This document shows, one piece after another, positions 9,529 through 20,519 of a stretch of 64,000 bases of DNA (its first letter is position 1; every line of letters begins with the position of its first letter). The DNA is from an uncultured Planctomycetaceae bacterium. GTDB lineage: Bacteria; Planctomycetota; Planctomycetia; Planctomycetales; Planctomycetaceae. A program made the translations under genes and the position numbers. Location: positions 731,227-795,226 of the forward strand of contig CAWFGE010000015.1 of the NCBI GenBank assembly GCA_963815195.1, read 5' to 3'. The notes beneath the pieces are model-generated. The model did no database searches. It saw only the letters and a list, made by a program, of their open reading frames with translations, and had not been told where the DNA came from.

Positions 9529-11502
9529 ATGATGAGTCTGGCAGAGCCTTCCACTTGGAACGACGCCGATGCGGAGTTTCTCAAGCAAATCCCCTGGACC
9601 GCCGAGGCGGAGCCGGCTTTGACCAAGGCCGCGGCGAAAGGCGATCTCAAAGGCTTCTGGTCCGAGTTGACACAAACCGGGTTCGGCCTGGGGCCGCGGG
9701 CCTCCCGCAAAAAGGTTCACGATCGCCGGTACGCGGCTGCGATGTCCTTGTGGTCGCAAGCCTCCTTCGAGCAAACGCCGACCGAAGCCCGGCTCGCGGG
9801 CGTTTGGACCGAGATTGCCCAGCGGTTGGACGCGGCCCGGTTGGCGGCGGCTTCGCATCAAACTTCCAAGAAAAACAAAACCTCGCTCCAGAGCAAAAAC
9901 GGCCAGGCCGGGAAGTCCGCGATCAAACTCCCGCGAAAGCTCGTCTCGGCACTCGGAAACTGGCTGGAATCGGCCGCGGGCCAGGCCCCGTCCGCTTGGG
10001 AACTTTTGATGCTCGCCGACCTGTTGCGGCAGGCGGGCGATTCGCTCCCGGCCAAGGTCGGCGTTCCGCTCTGGCGGCGCGGCTTGACTGCCTTTGGCTC
10101 GTGGGCCGACCTCGCGGAGCACGAAGAACCGGCGGAGTTCCAGGCGATCGACGCTGGCGAATTGCCGTGGGTTTTGGGCGTGCTGTTTTCCCACATCCAA
10201 GGGGCCGAGTCGCTTCGCGACCGCGGCCGGCAGACGCTGCGAAAGCTGCTCGACGACGACACCGACACCGATGGCACTCTGCGAGCCGAGGAGATGCAGC
10301 GCGTGAGCTTGTGGCTGCCGCCCTGGGTCCGGGCCGCGGAGTGGGCGTATGCGGCGGAACGTTCCCTGTGGGGCGAAACGATGGGCGAGCGTTTTCGGTC
10401 ATTGATCGAACGCGTGGCGGCGTGTTATGCCGGGGACGGGCATTGGGCGCTCGATCAAACCGCCGGCCCGCACGCGCTTCCGATGTTATTGACCGCTGCC
10501 CGGCTCGCGGGCGTCTCCAAAAAAGAATGGCCGCTCAAGTTCCTGTTGGACGTGGCGGAGGCTTCGCCGGAACTCTTGGCGGGGGCGGAATCGCGCATCA
10601 AACATTCCGCGAAGCTCAAGACCTCCCGCCGGCGGGCCGCGGAAACGGACGCGGACGCGATCGTGCAGCAGTCCGACTGGGCCCGCGTCGCCTGTTTGCG
10701 AAACCACGCCGGCCGCGATGCGGACGTGTTCGCGATCGCGCATCACCGCCCGCTGCCGAACATCGATCTGTCGATCCTGGGCCACGGCGTCATGAAGGGC
10801 CCGTGGGAGTTGGAGGTTTCGATCGACGAAGCGCCGGTCAAACTGCCGGGCGAATGGACCTGCGTGTGCTGGCACAGCGATGCCGACGGCGATTATCTGG
10901 AACTGCAACACACGATCGATGAGAACCGCCGGATCGAACGCCAGGTGTTCTTGTCGCGGCCTGAGCATTTTTTGGTGATGGCCGACTGCATCTCCGGCGC
11001 GGCCGAAGGCGTGATCGATTACACCGCCCGCTGGCCGCTCGTGGAAAACGCCCAAGTCGCCCGGCACGAATCCACCCGCGAACGCGTGGTCAGCGTCGGC
11101 GATGTTTCCCTGCGCACCTTCCCGCTCGCTCTGCCCGACGACGTTTACCAGAGCACCTCGGGAAGTTGGGACCTGGCGGAAAAGGGTGAAACGACTTTAG
11201 AACTTCGGCAACAAAGCGTGGGCGGATTGTATGCTCCGGTCGTCTTCGATTGGACGCCCGCCCGCCAAAGGAGCTACGCCGACTGGAAAACCCTCACGGT
11301 CACCGAAAACGGCCCCAAGGTCAAAACCGACCGGGCCTCGGGGCACCGCCTTCGCATCGGCAACCATCAACTCCTCATCTACCGCAGCCTGGCCCCCAGC
11401 GAAGAACTCCGCACCGTCCTGGGCCACCACACCGGCCACGAAACCATCCTCGCCCGCTTCGACAAATCCGGCGACGCGAAACCGCTGTTGATCGTGGAGT
11501 GA
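9529..11502 (+). CDS. Conserved hypothetical protein, possible heparinase II/III-like C-terminal domain
   Basis: 657-aa ORF with genome-typical codon usage; C-terminal beta-rich WTCVCWHSD..RIERQVFL region recalled from planctomycete proteins. Confidence 0.55.
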   Translation: MMSLAEPSTWNDADAEFLKQIPWTAEAEPALTKAAAKGDLKGFWSELTQTGFGLGPRASRKKVHDRRYAAAMSLWSQASFEQTPTEARLAGVWTEIAQRLDAARLAAASHQTSKKNKTSLQSKNGQAGKSAIKLPRKLVSALGNWLESAAGQAPSAWELLMLADLLRQAGDSLPAKVGVPLWRRGLTAFGSWADLAEHEEPAEFQAIDAGELPWVLGVLFSHIQGAESLRDRGRQTLRKLLDDDTDTDGTLRAEEMQRVSLWLPPWVRAAEWAYAAERSLWGETMGERFRSLIERVAACYAGDGHWALDQTAGPHALPMLLTAARLAGVSKKEWPLKFLLDVAEASPELLAGAESRIKHSAKLKTSRRRAAETDADAIVQQSDWARVACLRNHAGRDADVFAIAHHRPLPNIDLSILGHGVMKGPWELEVSIDEAPVKLPGEWTCVCWHSDADGDYLELQHTIDENRRIERQVFLSRPEHFLVMADCISGAAEGVIDYTARWPLVENAQVARHESTRERVVSVGDVSLRTFPLALPDDVYQSTSGSWDLAEKGETTLELRQQSVGGLYAPVVFDWTPARQRSYADWKTLTVTENGPKVKTDRASGHRLRIGNHQLLIYRSLAPSEELRTVLGHHTGHETILARFDKSGDAKPLLIVE

Positions 11503-11613
11503 GAACGCTTGGCTGCGATGGAACGGACAGTGAGGGATTTCAACATTTCCCTCGTTTGCGCTTCGGGCGAATGAATGATGCGGTGGAGCGCGTTCGGGCT
11601 GATAAACCGTGAA

Positions 11614-13873
11614 TCATTCGGGTTGCTTGCTGGCCGGGGCGAGCGGGCTTGGGATCGGGAATTGCTGCAGTTGGGCGCCGATGGTGCGGGGGGTGGGTTT
11701 GAGCGAACCGATCACCGAAGCCAAAGCCGAGGCGAGCTGCGGGTTGCCGGCATTGGGGACGGCGGCTTGAATTTCGCGGACCTGGTCGGTTGTCAACAGC
11801 AAACTATGCCGCTGAATGTGGAACGCCAATTGGATCGCGGCCAACTCGCGAAGCGGAATCGGATAGACCGCATTGACGGCCACAGCTTCCAAGCGGCGTT
11901 GGGCGGTCTTCGTGGGGATCGCCGCGAGGGCTTGGAGGGCGTTGACGGCGATGTCGGGGTTTTCGATCGATTGGCTCAGCGCTTCTTCCGCCGAGGCGAT
12001 GTCGAAAATGTCCGTGCGGTGGCTGCTGGTGATGTGCGCGAGCCAATACGCCGCCGCCGAGGCCTGGGCCGCCCGCTCTTCGGGCGAGAGCGGTTCCGAC
12101 TGGAGCCCGTTCAAAAACGGCTCGACCTGCTCGCGAAAATAATCGAGCGTCAGCGATTCGCGGAAAAATCCCGTCAAAGGCGTTCGCTTTAAGACTCCCT
12201 GGACGCCGGCCTCGGCCCACTCGGGACCGAAGATCAAAATCGGCAGGCTGGCGGTGCGGGCGTCTGCACGGAAATTCGCGATCGTCTGCGAGAGATCCCA
12301 ATTGGTGACGTTGGCCTGGATCGCGACGACTTCCACATCGTTCCGCTGAACCGCGGCTTTGAATCCCTCTTGCCCGGTGAGCCGCGTGATGGGCTGGCCG
12401 CGAAATCCCAACTGCTGGAACAAGCCGGCCACGTTGTTGGCCCGCTGGCTGTTGGGATCGATCACCAACACCGCCGGTCCGCCGCTGTCGCCCAGGGCCC
12501 GCGTGAGCGTTTCCACGACCCGGCCGGACCCGGAGAACTCGCGGTCGGGGTCGAGTTGGAGCACCGTCACCGCCGCGGCAAATTGCACGCGCGGGTCGGG
12601 ATAATTCGAGCGCGGCCAAGATCGGCGAGCGCTCCGCATTGGTGCCGAAGAGCTGAGTGCGGGTGGCGATTTGGCCCAGTGCCTGGAGGCTTCCCACCGC
12701 GGCGAGCACGTTGCCGTTCTGCAGAGCCAGATTCAGCGTATCCGACACCAGGCCGGCTCCGCTTTGGAGGGCCAATTGAAACGCGGTTCCCGGTCCGGTG
12801 GGCAGCGGGGCGTTCCAGCCCGCGCGGTCGAGCGCATTGGCGAGGGCGAAGCCCAGGAACAGGGCCTGCGTTTCCTCATCCTCCGGCGACAAAGCCAACG
12901 CGTCGCGGGCCAACTCCGCCCCGCGGTACAGCGAAGCCGCCTTGGGCGTCATCTCCACGGGGACGACGCTCTGATTTTGCGGGTCCCAGGTCCAGATCGT
13001 GACGGCCTCTTGGCCGTCTTTCATGGTCCACGGGTAAGCGTAGCAAAAATGCTCCAAAGCGGACTGCTTGAGTTTCGCCGGGGCTCCGTACGGCGTGACT
13101 TGCAGCGGCCGCCCGCGCTCGGGCTTGAGCAGCCGCGTCAAAGCGTTCCGGGCGGTCTCGCGCAGTCCCGGAGGTTCGTTCGGACCAAACGCGGGCCGCC
13201 AGAGATAAGGCACAACGTCTTTGCCGCCCACGTAGCCCAAGACGTCCGCAGCCGCGCCGCGAATTTCGTTGTTCGGGCTTTCCAAGGCCCCCAACAGCGG
13301 CGGGATCGCCTGTTGGCCCATCTGCGCCATGCCCAGGATGATCGCGCTCTGTTCGCCGCCGGTGGACGTCGCCGCCTGTTTGAGCATTTCCGGCACCACG
13401 ACCGGTCCCGCACTTCGCAGCGAGGCGATCGCGACCGCCCGGTCCCGCGGAGTGCCGGCGAGGTCTTTGATGAGCTTGTTGATCCGCGCTGGATCGGCGG
13501 CCCGCTTGCGGAAAGCCGCTGTGATCTTTTCGTAAAGCGTTTTCGACTCCGGCTGCAAATCGCGGTCGGCGGCCATCTTCAAAAAGACCGCCGGTCCGTA
13601 TTTGTCGCGAACCTTGAGGAGCGTGGCTTCGTCGGGGTTCGCGTTCAGAAATTGGCTGATATATCGTTTGGCCAGACCGGGCCGAGCGAGACGCTGCATC
13701 AGCACCGCCGCCTCCATGGCTTCCTCGGGGCTCTGCGGCTCGATCAACAGCGGAGATTCTTCGGGCAGTGGCATCGGGGCGGCGGGCGGTTGGGCCGGAA
13801 CCCGCTCCACCCGGCCGAACACGCCCCAGAGGGCGAGAGCCATGAAAGAGATTCTCCCCGACATTTTCAGCAT
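11614..13873 (-). CDS. Exported HEAT-repeat protein with receiver-like domain (indel near 12610)
   Basis: Signal peptide; HEAT-like repeats (AIPPLLGALE..IRGAAADVLG); VLVIDP..TASLPILIF receiver-like segment. Confidence 0.7.
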
Positions 13874-14013
13874 TCGTTCAACTCCCGCATCTCGATTTCC
13901 CCCCTCGCCGACGCCGTGGGGAGCGAGGACTGAGGCAGCCCGGCCATTTTATGGTAGAGTCCCGGCCCGCCTTTGTACAATGAGTTTTTGCTGTTTTCTC
14001 TATTTTGGCTGTT

Positions 14014-14601
14014 TTAACATGTGGACATGCCGTTTGAATAGACGGCAGTCTCCGTAACGACCGTATCCAAAGGCACATCATGGGGTTCGGTCGGAACGCG
14101 GGGGACGATTTGACACTCGAATCCCAGCCCGATTTTAGCAATTTCGGGCCGAATTTGGCACAATAAGCGGTCGTAAAACCCGAACCCATGCCCCATCCGC
14201 CCTCCGCAGCGATCGAACGCCACGCCTGGCACGATGAGCAGATCCAGTTCGGCTGGCAAGATCCGCCGATCCGGCAGATTTCGGAGATCGGGCGCGGGTT
14301 CCTGAATCCCAAACCGCCCGCAGCCCAGTTCGTTCAAATCCCGCAGCCAAAACAGTTCCAACTCCCGCCCCGCGCAAAAAGGCACCGCCAACCGTTTCCC
14401 GGCCTCGAGCGCTTCGGACAGCCCCGACCTGGTGCGGACTTCGCTGCGGACATCCACATAAAACAGCACGGTCCGGGCCGCTTGATACGCCGGCAGCGAA
14501 AACACCCGTTCCAAGATCCGCCGCGAAACGGCGTCCTTGTCGGCCTGGGCGTCCCGCCGCGACAGCATCTCCGCCCGCAATCGGCGTTTCTGGTCTTGCA
14601 A
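14014..14601 (-). CDS. ygfA: 5-formyltetrahydrofolate cyclo-ligase
   Basis: KRRLR, RSEV, FGIQEP, DLLIVPGVAFDRCGGRMGHGFGFYDR, EPHD. Confidence 0.92.
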   Translation of the reverse strand: MQDQKRRLRAEMLSRRDAQADKDAVSRRILERVFSLPAYQAARTVLFYVDVRSEVRTRSGLSEALEAGKRLAVPFCAGRELELFWLRDLNELGCGRFGIQEPAPDLRNLPDRRILPAELDLLIVPGVAFDRCGGRMGHGFGFYDRLLCQIRPEIAKIGLGFECQIVPRVPTEPHDVPLDTVVTETAVYSNGMSTC

Positions 14602-14611
14602 GCGGAGGTTC

Positions 14612-15700
14612 CTATTCGGCAGTGCCTTTGAGGATTTTCAGCGTTTGGGCGGCGTCGGTGCGGATGCGGATTTCGGGGTGGCTTTCCGCGATCGGCTCCA
14701 CCAGCTTCTTCAGTTCGTCTTTCTGAGCGTCGGACCATTCGCCGTTGAGCTTTTGCACGGCTTTGAGGGAGTTCTGCAGGCTCACCAACTCCATCCCGCT
14801 TTGCCGGGGTTTGTCGGCCGCTTCCTTGAGGACGCTCCGAAACACCGGCCAACCCGCGGTCGACGACTGCCGCGCGAGGCCGATCGCCGCGTTCACCTCG
14901 ACGTTGCGGTCGCTGTCGCTGAGCATGACCTCCAAACGTTGCCGGCTTTCCTCGGAGGGCAACAGTCCGAGCACAAACGCCCCCATCTGCCGGAACACGG
15001 GCTCCGATTCCTTGGAGACCGCGACGACATCGTCCAACAGCGAAGGAATCGTCACCAAATCTTCCATCAACAGCGGGCGGTTTTCCGCTTCGGACCGCTC
15101 GGCGGTGCGATGGGCGATGAGCGAGATCGACCGCAGCGCCTCCAACCGCACGCCGCGGTCTTTGTCGTTCGTGGCCAACATCAATTTCTGGAGGGCGGGG
15201 ATGACCAACTCCGGCTGATCCATCAAGCCGAGCGCCGTCACGAGGTATTGTTGCTGGTTGAGCGATTTTTCCCGCGGGATGTCGGCCTTTTGTTGCTCTT
15301 CGAGAACATCCAGCAAGGCCTTGGCGATTTCGGGATTTTGGGCGAGGTGTTGGCCGTCCGGGCCGCGGTCCTGATCGACTTTGAGCAACTGGGCCAACCC
15401 AATCGCCGCCCGCCAGCGGCGATGTTCGTTGGAGTTCCGCAGCTCCATCACGAGCGTTCGCCAATCCTGCTCGCCGGAGGCCATCCGCCCGAACAAGGCA
15501 TACACGCCGATGATGGCCCCCACGATCAACATGGGGATCAAAAACAACTGCACGATGAACCCCGCCGAGGGCGGCTCGACGGGCGGCAGGTCTTCGATGC
15601 TCCGCGGGCGAGACGGTCCGCTCGGCTTTGTTTCGGCAAACAAATCGTGGCCGCCGGTTTGGGACGCGGGGTTTTGGGCGTGGGGATCAAATTCAGACAT
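14612..15700 (-). CDS. Membrane-anchored HEAT-repeat protein
   Basis: TM segment QLFLIPMLIVGAIIG followed by HEAT-like repeats. Confidence 0.7.
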   Translation of the reverse strand: MSEFDPHAQNPASQTGGHDLFAETKPSGPSRPRSIEDLPPVEPPSAGFIVQLFLIPMLIVGAIIGVYALFGRMASGEQDWRTLVMELRNSNEHRRWRAAIGLAQLLKVDQDRGPDGQHLAQNPEIAKALLDVLEEQQKADIPREKSLNQQQYLVTALGLMDQPELVIPALQKLMLATNDKDRGVRLEALRSISLIAHRTAERSEAENRPLLMEDLVTIPSLLDDVVAVSKESEPVFRQMGAFVLGLLPSEESRQRLEVMLSDSDRNVEVNAAIGLARQSSTAGWPVFRSVLKEAADKPRQSGMELVSLQNSLKAVQKLNGEWSDAQKDELKKLVEPIAESHPEIRIRTDAAQTLKILKGTAE

Positions 15701-15840
15701 TGGGAAACCGTGGGGTTATGGAGTTTTCAATTGTCAGCCGGAACGCGCGAGCGTCCGGTTGTTGCAATGAACCGGGGGGGACCACCCTGCGGGTGGTGCC
15801 CCCCGGCGGCTCATCAAGTCTAGACGCGGTATTGCGAGGG

Positions 15841-16464
15841 TCAACTCTGGGTGCGGAAGGCCTGCCGCAACGCCTCGTAATCGGCGGGCGTGTCCAGATC
15901 GGTCAAAACGGCCGGATCGTCGATGGACACCTCCTCAATCGTAGCCCCTGCGCTATGAATCAGCCAGTTCAACCCGCGATCTTTCGGGATGCCCGGCAAC
16001 TGATCCGCGAGTTTCCACGAAAAGATCGTGGGATGCCCGCGCCGGCCTTGGCATGTCGGGATGAGAATCTCCGCCCGCGTGGTTTGCCAGGCGGCGAGCA
16101 TCTGGTCGATCACCGCGACCGAAAGCACGGGATGATCCGCCGGCACGAGCAACCAGCCGGCGTCGTCTTTCGGATCAAACCGCTCGGCGATCGCGGAAAT
16201 GGCGTATTGCACGCTGTCCCGCATTTCCGGCGGGTCGATTTCCGGCTGGATGGCCCAGGCCCCGGACGGATCGACTTCCGCGCGCAATTCGTCGTCCGAC
16301 CGCCTGAGCACCACGGCCCGGCAGCGGACCTGCGGCCGATCCAGCGCTTCGAGCAGCCGGGCGAGCACGGTTTTTTCGCCCAGCGGCAAAAGCAACTTCG
16401 GCCGCCCCATCCGCCGGCTCAGGCCCGCCGCCGGGACCACGGCATAAATCTCTCGTTCGCTCAT
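15841..16464 (-). CDS. MocA/YgfJ-like nucleotidyltransferase
   Basis: PAAGLSRRMGRPKLLL, PADHP, RRGHP, DLDTPADY. Confidence 0.88.
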   Translation of the reverse strand: MSEREIYAVVPAAGLSRRMGRPKLLLPLGEKTVLARLLEALDRPQVRCRAVVLRRSDDELRAEVDPSGAWAIQPEIDPPEMRDSVQYAISAIAERFDPKDDAGWLLVPADHPVLSVAVIDQMLAAWQTTRAEILIPTCQGRRGHPTIFSWKLADQLPGIPKDRGLNWLIHSAGATIEEVSIDDPAVLTDLDTPADYEALRQAFRTQS

Positions 16465-16524
16465 TTTCGATCGGGGATTAGAGGAATGAAAGCATGTATG
16501 TTTCAGAAAAGTCGGTAGGACTTG

Positions 16525-16604
16525 GGTGGCACGCCCCCGAGCCCCAGCGAAGCGCGTGGCCATTACAAAGACCACGCCCTTCGTGCCTCAGGGCGTGCCA
16601 CCCA
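16525..16604. repeat. Palindromic repeat GGGTGGCACG...CGTGCCACCC; inverted second copy at 34084-34163
   Basis: Terminal inverted repeats; ACCACGCCCTTCGTGCCT here is the reverse complement of AGGCACGAAGGGCGTGGT in the other copy. Confidence 0.8.
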
Positions 16605-16766
16605 TCCCACTCACCCCCTTGAAAAATAGACCAAATATTTTCCACCTGCTTTCGTGAAACACACACAATTCAAGCAGCACGCGCCCGGCTGCTTGCAGCG
16701 TTTCACCACGGCGGCTACGCTCTAACCGGCGCTCTTGAACTTTGACTCAACACACGGACGCGGACG

Positions 16767-17531
16767 GTGCGAATTTTACTGACCAATGACGACGGGATCC
16801 ACGCCCCCGGTTTGCGGGCGTTTGGTGATGCGCTCGCAAACGCCGGCCACCAAGTGCAGGTCGTGGCTCCCGCGCTCGAACAGAGCGGCGTGGGGCTGTC
16901 GATCACCTACTTGCATCCCTTGATGGTGGATGAGGAATTTCGCGACGGAAAACATTTCGGCTGGGCCGTGCATGGCAGCCCCGCCGACTGCGTGAAGCTC
17001 GGCATGCTCGAATACTGCAAGCAGCCGCCCGATCTCGTCTTGAGCGGGATCAACTCGGGATCGAACGTGGGCATCAATGTGCTTTATTCCGGGACCGTGG
17101 CGGGGGCGATCGAGGGGGCGTTTTACGGGGTCACCTCCATCGCCGTCTCCCAGGCCACGCGCACGCCGCCCGACTATCACCGCACGGCGGAAATCGCCGT
17201 GGACCTGATCGATCAAATCCTCAGGGCCGCACCGAAAGCCGGGTCCCTGTGGAACCTCAACTTTCCCGAAAGCGAGCCCGGCCCGCCCCGGGGCGTAAAA
17301 GTCGTGAAGATGGGCGTCAAACGCCATTCCGACGTGATGGAAAAACGCGAAGACCCCAGGGGCCGGCCGTATTTCTGGAGCGGCCTCGACCCCATCAAAA
17401 ACCACGCCATGGAACCGGGCACCGACCTTAAGGAACTCTCGGAAGGTTATATCACCCTCACCCCACTCCACTTCGACCTGACCGAACCGCGGACCGTCAA
17501 TCACCTGCAACAACACCCTTGGCGGCTATAA
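16767..17531 (+). CDS. surE: 5'/3'-nucleotidase SurE
   Basis: RILLTNDDGIHAPG, GSPADCV, SGINSGSN, YSGTV. Confidence 0.95.
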   Translation: MRILLTNDDGIHAPGLRAFGDALANAGHQVQVVAPALEQSGVGLSITYLHPLMVDEEFRDGKHFGWAVHGSPADCVKLGMLEYCKQPPDLVLSGINSGSNVGINVLYSGTVAGAIEGAFYGVTSIAVSQATRTPPDYHRTAEIAVDLIDQILRAAPKAGSLWNLNFPESEPGPPRGVKVVKMGVKRHSDVMEKREDPRGRPYFWSGLDPIKNHAMEPGTDLKELSEGYITLTPLHFDLTEPRTVNHLQQHPWRL

Positions 17532-17553
17532 AAATCGAATCGGCGAAAAAGCG

Positions 17554-18513
17554 ATGACGTTGAGTAACAGTCTTACGCGTGCAAGACAACGACCGATCCA
17601 GGGGGTTTTGCCCGTCGTGCAGACTCCCTTTTTGGATTCTGATGAGATCGACTTCGCGTCGCTTCGCCGGCAGGTGGAGTGGGCGTTCGATCTGGGGGCG
17701 GACGGCGTCGGGACGGGGATGGTCTCCGAGGTGTCCAGATTCACGGCGAAGGAACGCTCGGAACTGACACACAAACTCCCGGAGTTCGCGGCCGGCCGCG
17801 GGGCGGTGTTTGTCAGCGTCGGCGCGGAAAGCAGCCGGCAAGCGGTGCTCTTTGCCCAAGAAGCCGAGGCCGCCGGCTGCGACGCGGTGATGGCCGTGCC
17901 GCCGATGACAGCCGCCGTTTCATCGGGTCAACTCAAAGATTATTTCCGGGCGATCGCGGACAGCGTGAATCTCCCGCTGATCGTGCAAGACGCCTCCGGC
18001 TATGTGGGGCAGGCGATTCCGCTTTCGGTGTGCGTGGAATTGCTTGGGGAATATGGGGCGGAGAAGATCTTGTTCAAACCCGAAGCCGCCCCGATCGGTT
18101 CGAACCTTTCGGACCTGCGAGACGCCGCCCAGACCGGCGGCTTCTGCGCAAAGATTCTGGAAGGCTCCGGCGGGATTTTTTTGGTGGACAGTTTTCGGCG
18201 GGGGATCGTGGGCACGATTCCGGGGATGGATCTTTTGGACGGCATCGTCGCCCTCTGGCGGGCCCTCGAAGCCGGCGATGAAGAAACGATTTACCGGCTG
18301 GCGTTTCCGATCAGCGCGATCGTCGCCCTCCAGATGCAAGCCGGGCTCGACGGGTTTCTCGCGATCGAAAAGCACCTGCTGGTGAAGCGCGGCGTCATGC
18401 CGACGGCCCGCCGCCGCCAGCCCAGTCGTTGGGAACTCGATCCCGAAACCGCCCAAGAGACGGACCGCTTATTCGCCCGCCTGGAAGATGCTTTGCGTAC
18501 CTCCGGCCGTTGA
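17554..18513 (+). CDS. Dihydrodipicolinate synthase/NAL-family aldolase
   Basis: GVLPVVQTPF, DAVMAVPP, IVQDA, FKPE (Schiff-base Lys). Confidence 0.8.
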   Translation: MTLSNSLTRARQRPIQGVLPVVQTPFLDSDEIDFASLRRQVEWAFDLGADGVGTGMVSEVSRFTAKERSELTHKLPEFAAGRGAVFVSVGAESSRQAVLFAQEAEAAGCDAVMAVPPMTAAVSSGQLKDYFRAIADSVNLPLIVQDASGYVGQAIPLSVCVELLGEYGAEKILFKPEAAPIGSNLSDLRDAAQTGGFCAKILEGSGGIFLVDSFRRGIVGTIPGMDLLDGIVALWRALEAGDEETIYRLAFPISAIVALQMQAGLDGFLAIEKHLLVKRGVMPTARRRQPSRWELDPETAQETDRLFARLEDALRTSGR

Positions 18514-18573
18514 TATTCTCCGTGTCGTCCGTGCCTGCGTGGTGTCCCTTTTTCCTGAAAAGGCTTGCATAAA

Positions 18574-19380
18574 ATGCGTTTCCTGTTTTGCGCTTTGACC
18601 TTCTTCGTTCTGATTCACGATGCCATTGCGGAAACGCCGAGTCTGCGAACGCAGGTGGTTTTGGCGACGTATCGGCTCGAGCATCCGAAAACCAGCGGCA
18701 CCGCGTTTGTGATCCATCGTTTCGACCCCGCCGACCAGGAACAGAAGGAATGGCTGCTGGTCACGGCGGCTCATGCCTTTGAAAAGATGAACGGCGACAA
18801 GGCGACTCTCGTGCTTCGAAAACGCGAAACCGACGGCGAATGGGCCGCGGCACCCTTTGAACTGAAGATTCGCGACGGCGAAAAGAAACTCTGGCATCGG
18901 CACCCGAAACACGATGTGGCGATTCTGCGTCTCCCGAAATCGATCCCGGCGGAGACGGCTTCGCTGCCGTTGGATGTCCTGGCGGATACCGAGGATTGGC
19001 AAGCCCATCCGCCCGATCCGGGTTCGTTCGTCCGCTCTGTGGGCTTTCCGCATGCCGCCCACTTCAAGCCCAGTTCGGCTGGGTTTCCGCTGACCCGCCT
19101 GGGCTGCCTCGCCAGCTATCCGCTCAAGCCTTTCGAAAAACACCCGACGTTTCTGGTGGATTACAACGTGTTCGAAGGCGACAGCGGCGGCCCCGTCTAT
19201 TGGGAACCGCCGGCGGACGGTTCGACGGGGCTCAAAATCATCGGCCTCGTCCACGGCCAGCATTTCCTCGACGAGAAGTACGACCTTATTTACCAAAAGG
19301 GCCAGATCCGCAAACGCCTGGGGATGGCGATCATCACGAATTCAGAGGCCATCTTGGAAACGATCAAAACTCTGCCGTGA
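18574..19380 (+). CDS. Exported trypsin-like serine protease
   Basis: Signal peptide; triad motifs VTAAH, HDVAIL, GDSGGP. Confidence 0.85.
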   Translation: MRFLFCALTFFVLIHDAIAETPSLRTQVVLATYRLEHPKTSGTAFVIHRFDPADQEQKEWLLVTAAHAFEKMNGDKATLVLRKRETDGEWAAAPFELKIRDGEKKLWHRHPKHDVAILRLPKSIPAETASLPLDVLADTEDWQAHPPDPGSFVRSVGFPHAAHFKPSSAGFPLTRLGCLASYPLKPFEKHPTFLVDYNVFEGDSGGPVYWEPPADGSTGLKIIGLVHGQHFLDEKYDLIYQKGQIRKRLGMAIITNSEAILETIKTLP

Positions 19381-19686
19381 AGCGGGAAACGGCAACTTTT
19401 CGCATCATTGAAAAATGCCGCAAGGAATTCTCCGCGAATCGCCCCCGTGCTGCCCTTATCGACCGGCAAGGGCTGCCCTGCCCCGTTTTGGAAACCTCTT
19501 AACACCGCGGGCGAAAGATACGGTCGCGGATTCGTCGAATCGTCCGATACCGCCCATCCGCCGGAACACTTCTAATTCTCTGTATCACGCTCATCCAGGT
19601 GCGTCCTAAATTCCGTGCGAGATTTTGCCCCGGGCCGGCACGCCGATTGAGCGGAACCGATTTAGTTTTACGGAACGGGCAAGATC

Positions 19687-20496
19687 ATGCGAATGAAGTT
19701 TTGGAAATCCTGGGCGATCCAATGCTTTATCAAGTGCTTGAAAGAAATGTCGCTCGGGTCCGCGGTGCGGTTTGTCCGGCTTCAACAGGGGGGCCTCTTC
19801 GGCGATGTCTTGGAAATGAAATTGAATGGAAAGATCCAGGGCGTCGTCGCCATCCGGACGTTCGGTTCCGACGCCGACACGATGCGAGAAATCTGCCTGC
19901 TGGGCGTCTATGACCAAATCTGCAGCCGCGTTCCTTCGGCCAAGTCGATTGTCGACCTGGGCGCGAACATCGGCCTCGCGACCCGGTTGTTTGCCGCGCG
20001 GTATCCCGCGGCGTCCATTGTCGCCGTCGAACCCGATCCGCAAAACTTTGCAATGCTAAATCGCAACACGCATCGCCAGATCGAACAAGGAAGGTGCCGG
20101 CTGATTCACGCGGCGATCTGGGATAAAGACGGCGATGTGAGTCTCCAACCGTCGGAAGGCGAAGGACAATTCGACTCTGTCCGAACGACCGAAGCCCAGG
20201 AATCGGGATCCCGGGTCCGCGCCATCACGATGGAAACGCTGCTCAATGAAACCGGGTTGGAGCAAATCGACATTCTGAAAATCGACATCGAGGGGGCGGA
20301 GGTCGAGCTTCTGCGGTCCGCCCCCAAATGGCTGAATCGCGTGCAATCGATCGCCGCGGAGTTTCACGGCGCGAGCCGGAGGGAATCCGGGTTTGATGAC
20401 CTGATGCAAAAGAACGGTTTCCATATTGTCGAGGGTTCGGTTCACACCGTCATGGCTTTAAGAAATCGGCTTCTCCCAGATCAAGCCGCCGCCTGA
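19687..20496 (+). CDS. FkbM-family methyltransferase
   Basis: IVDLGANIG, VEPDPQN, LKIDIEGAE. Confidence 0.9.
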   Translation: MRMKFWKSWAIQCFIKCLKEMSLGSAVRFVRLQQGGLFGDVLEMKLNGKIQGVVAIRTFGSDADTMREICLLGVYDQICSRVPSAKSIVDLGANIGLATRLFAARYPAASIVAVEPDPQNFAMLNRNTHRQIEQGRCRLIHAAIWDKDGDVSLQPSEGEGQFDSVRTTEAQESGSRVRAITMETLLNETGLEQIDILKIDIEGAEVELLRSAPKWLNRVQSIAAEFHGASRRESGFDDLMQKNGFHIVEGSVHTVMALRNRLLPDQAAA

Positions 20497-20519
20497 GATT
20501 TTTTCATTGAGGCTCCGCG

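Noticed and set aside
14602..14620. 6S RNA upstream of ygfA
   Set aside because: Only about 10 bp separates ygfA from the upstream gene.
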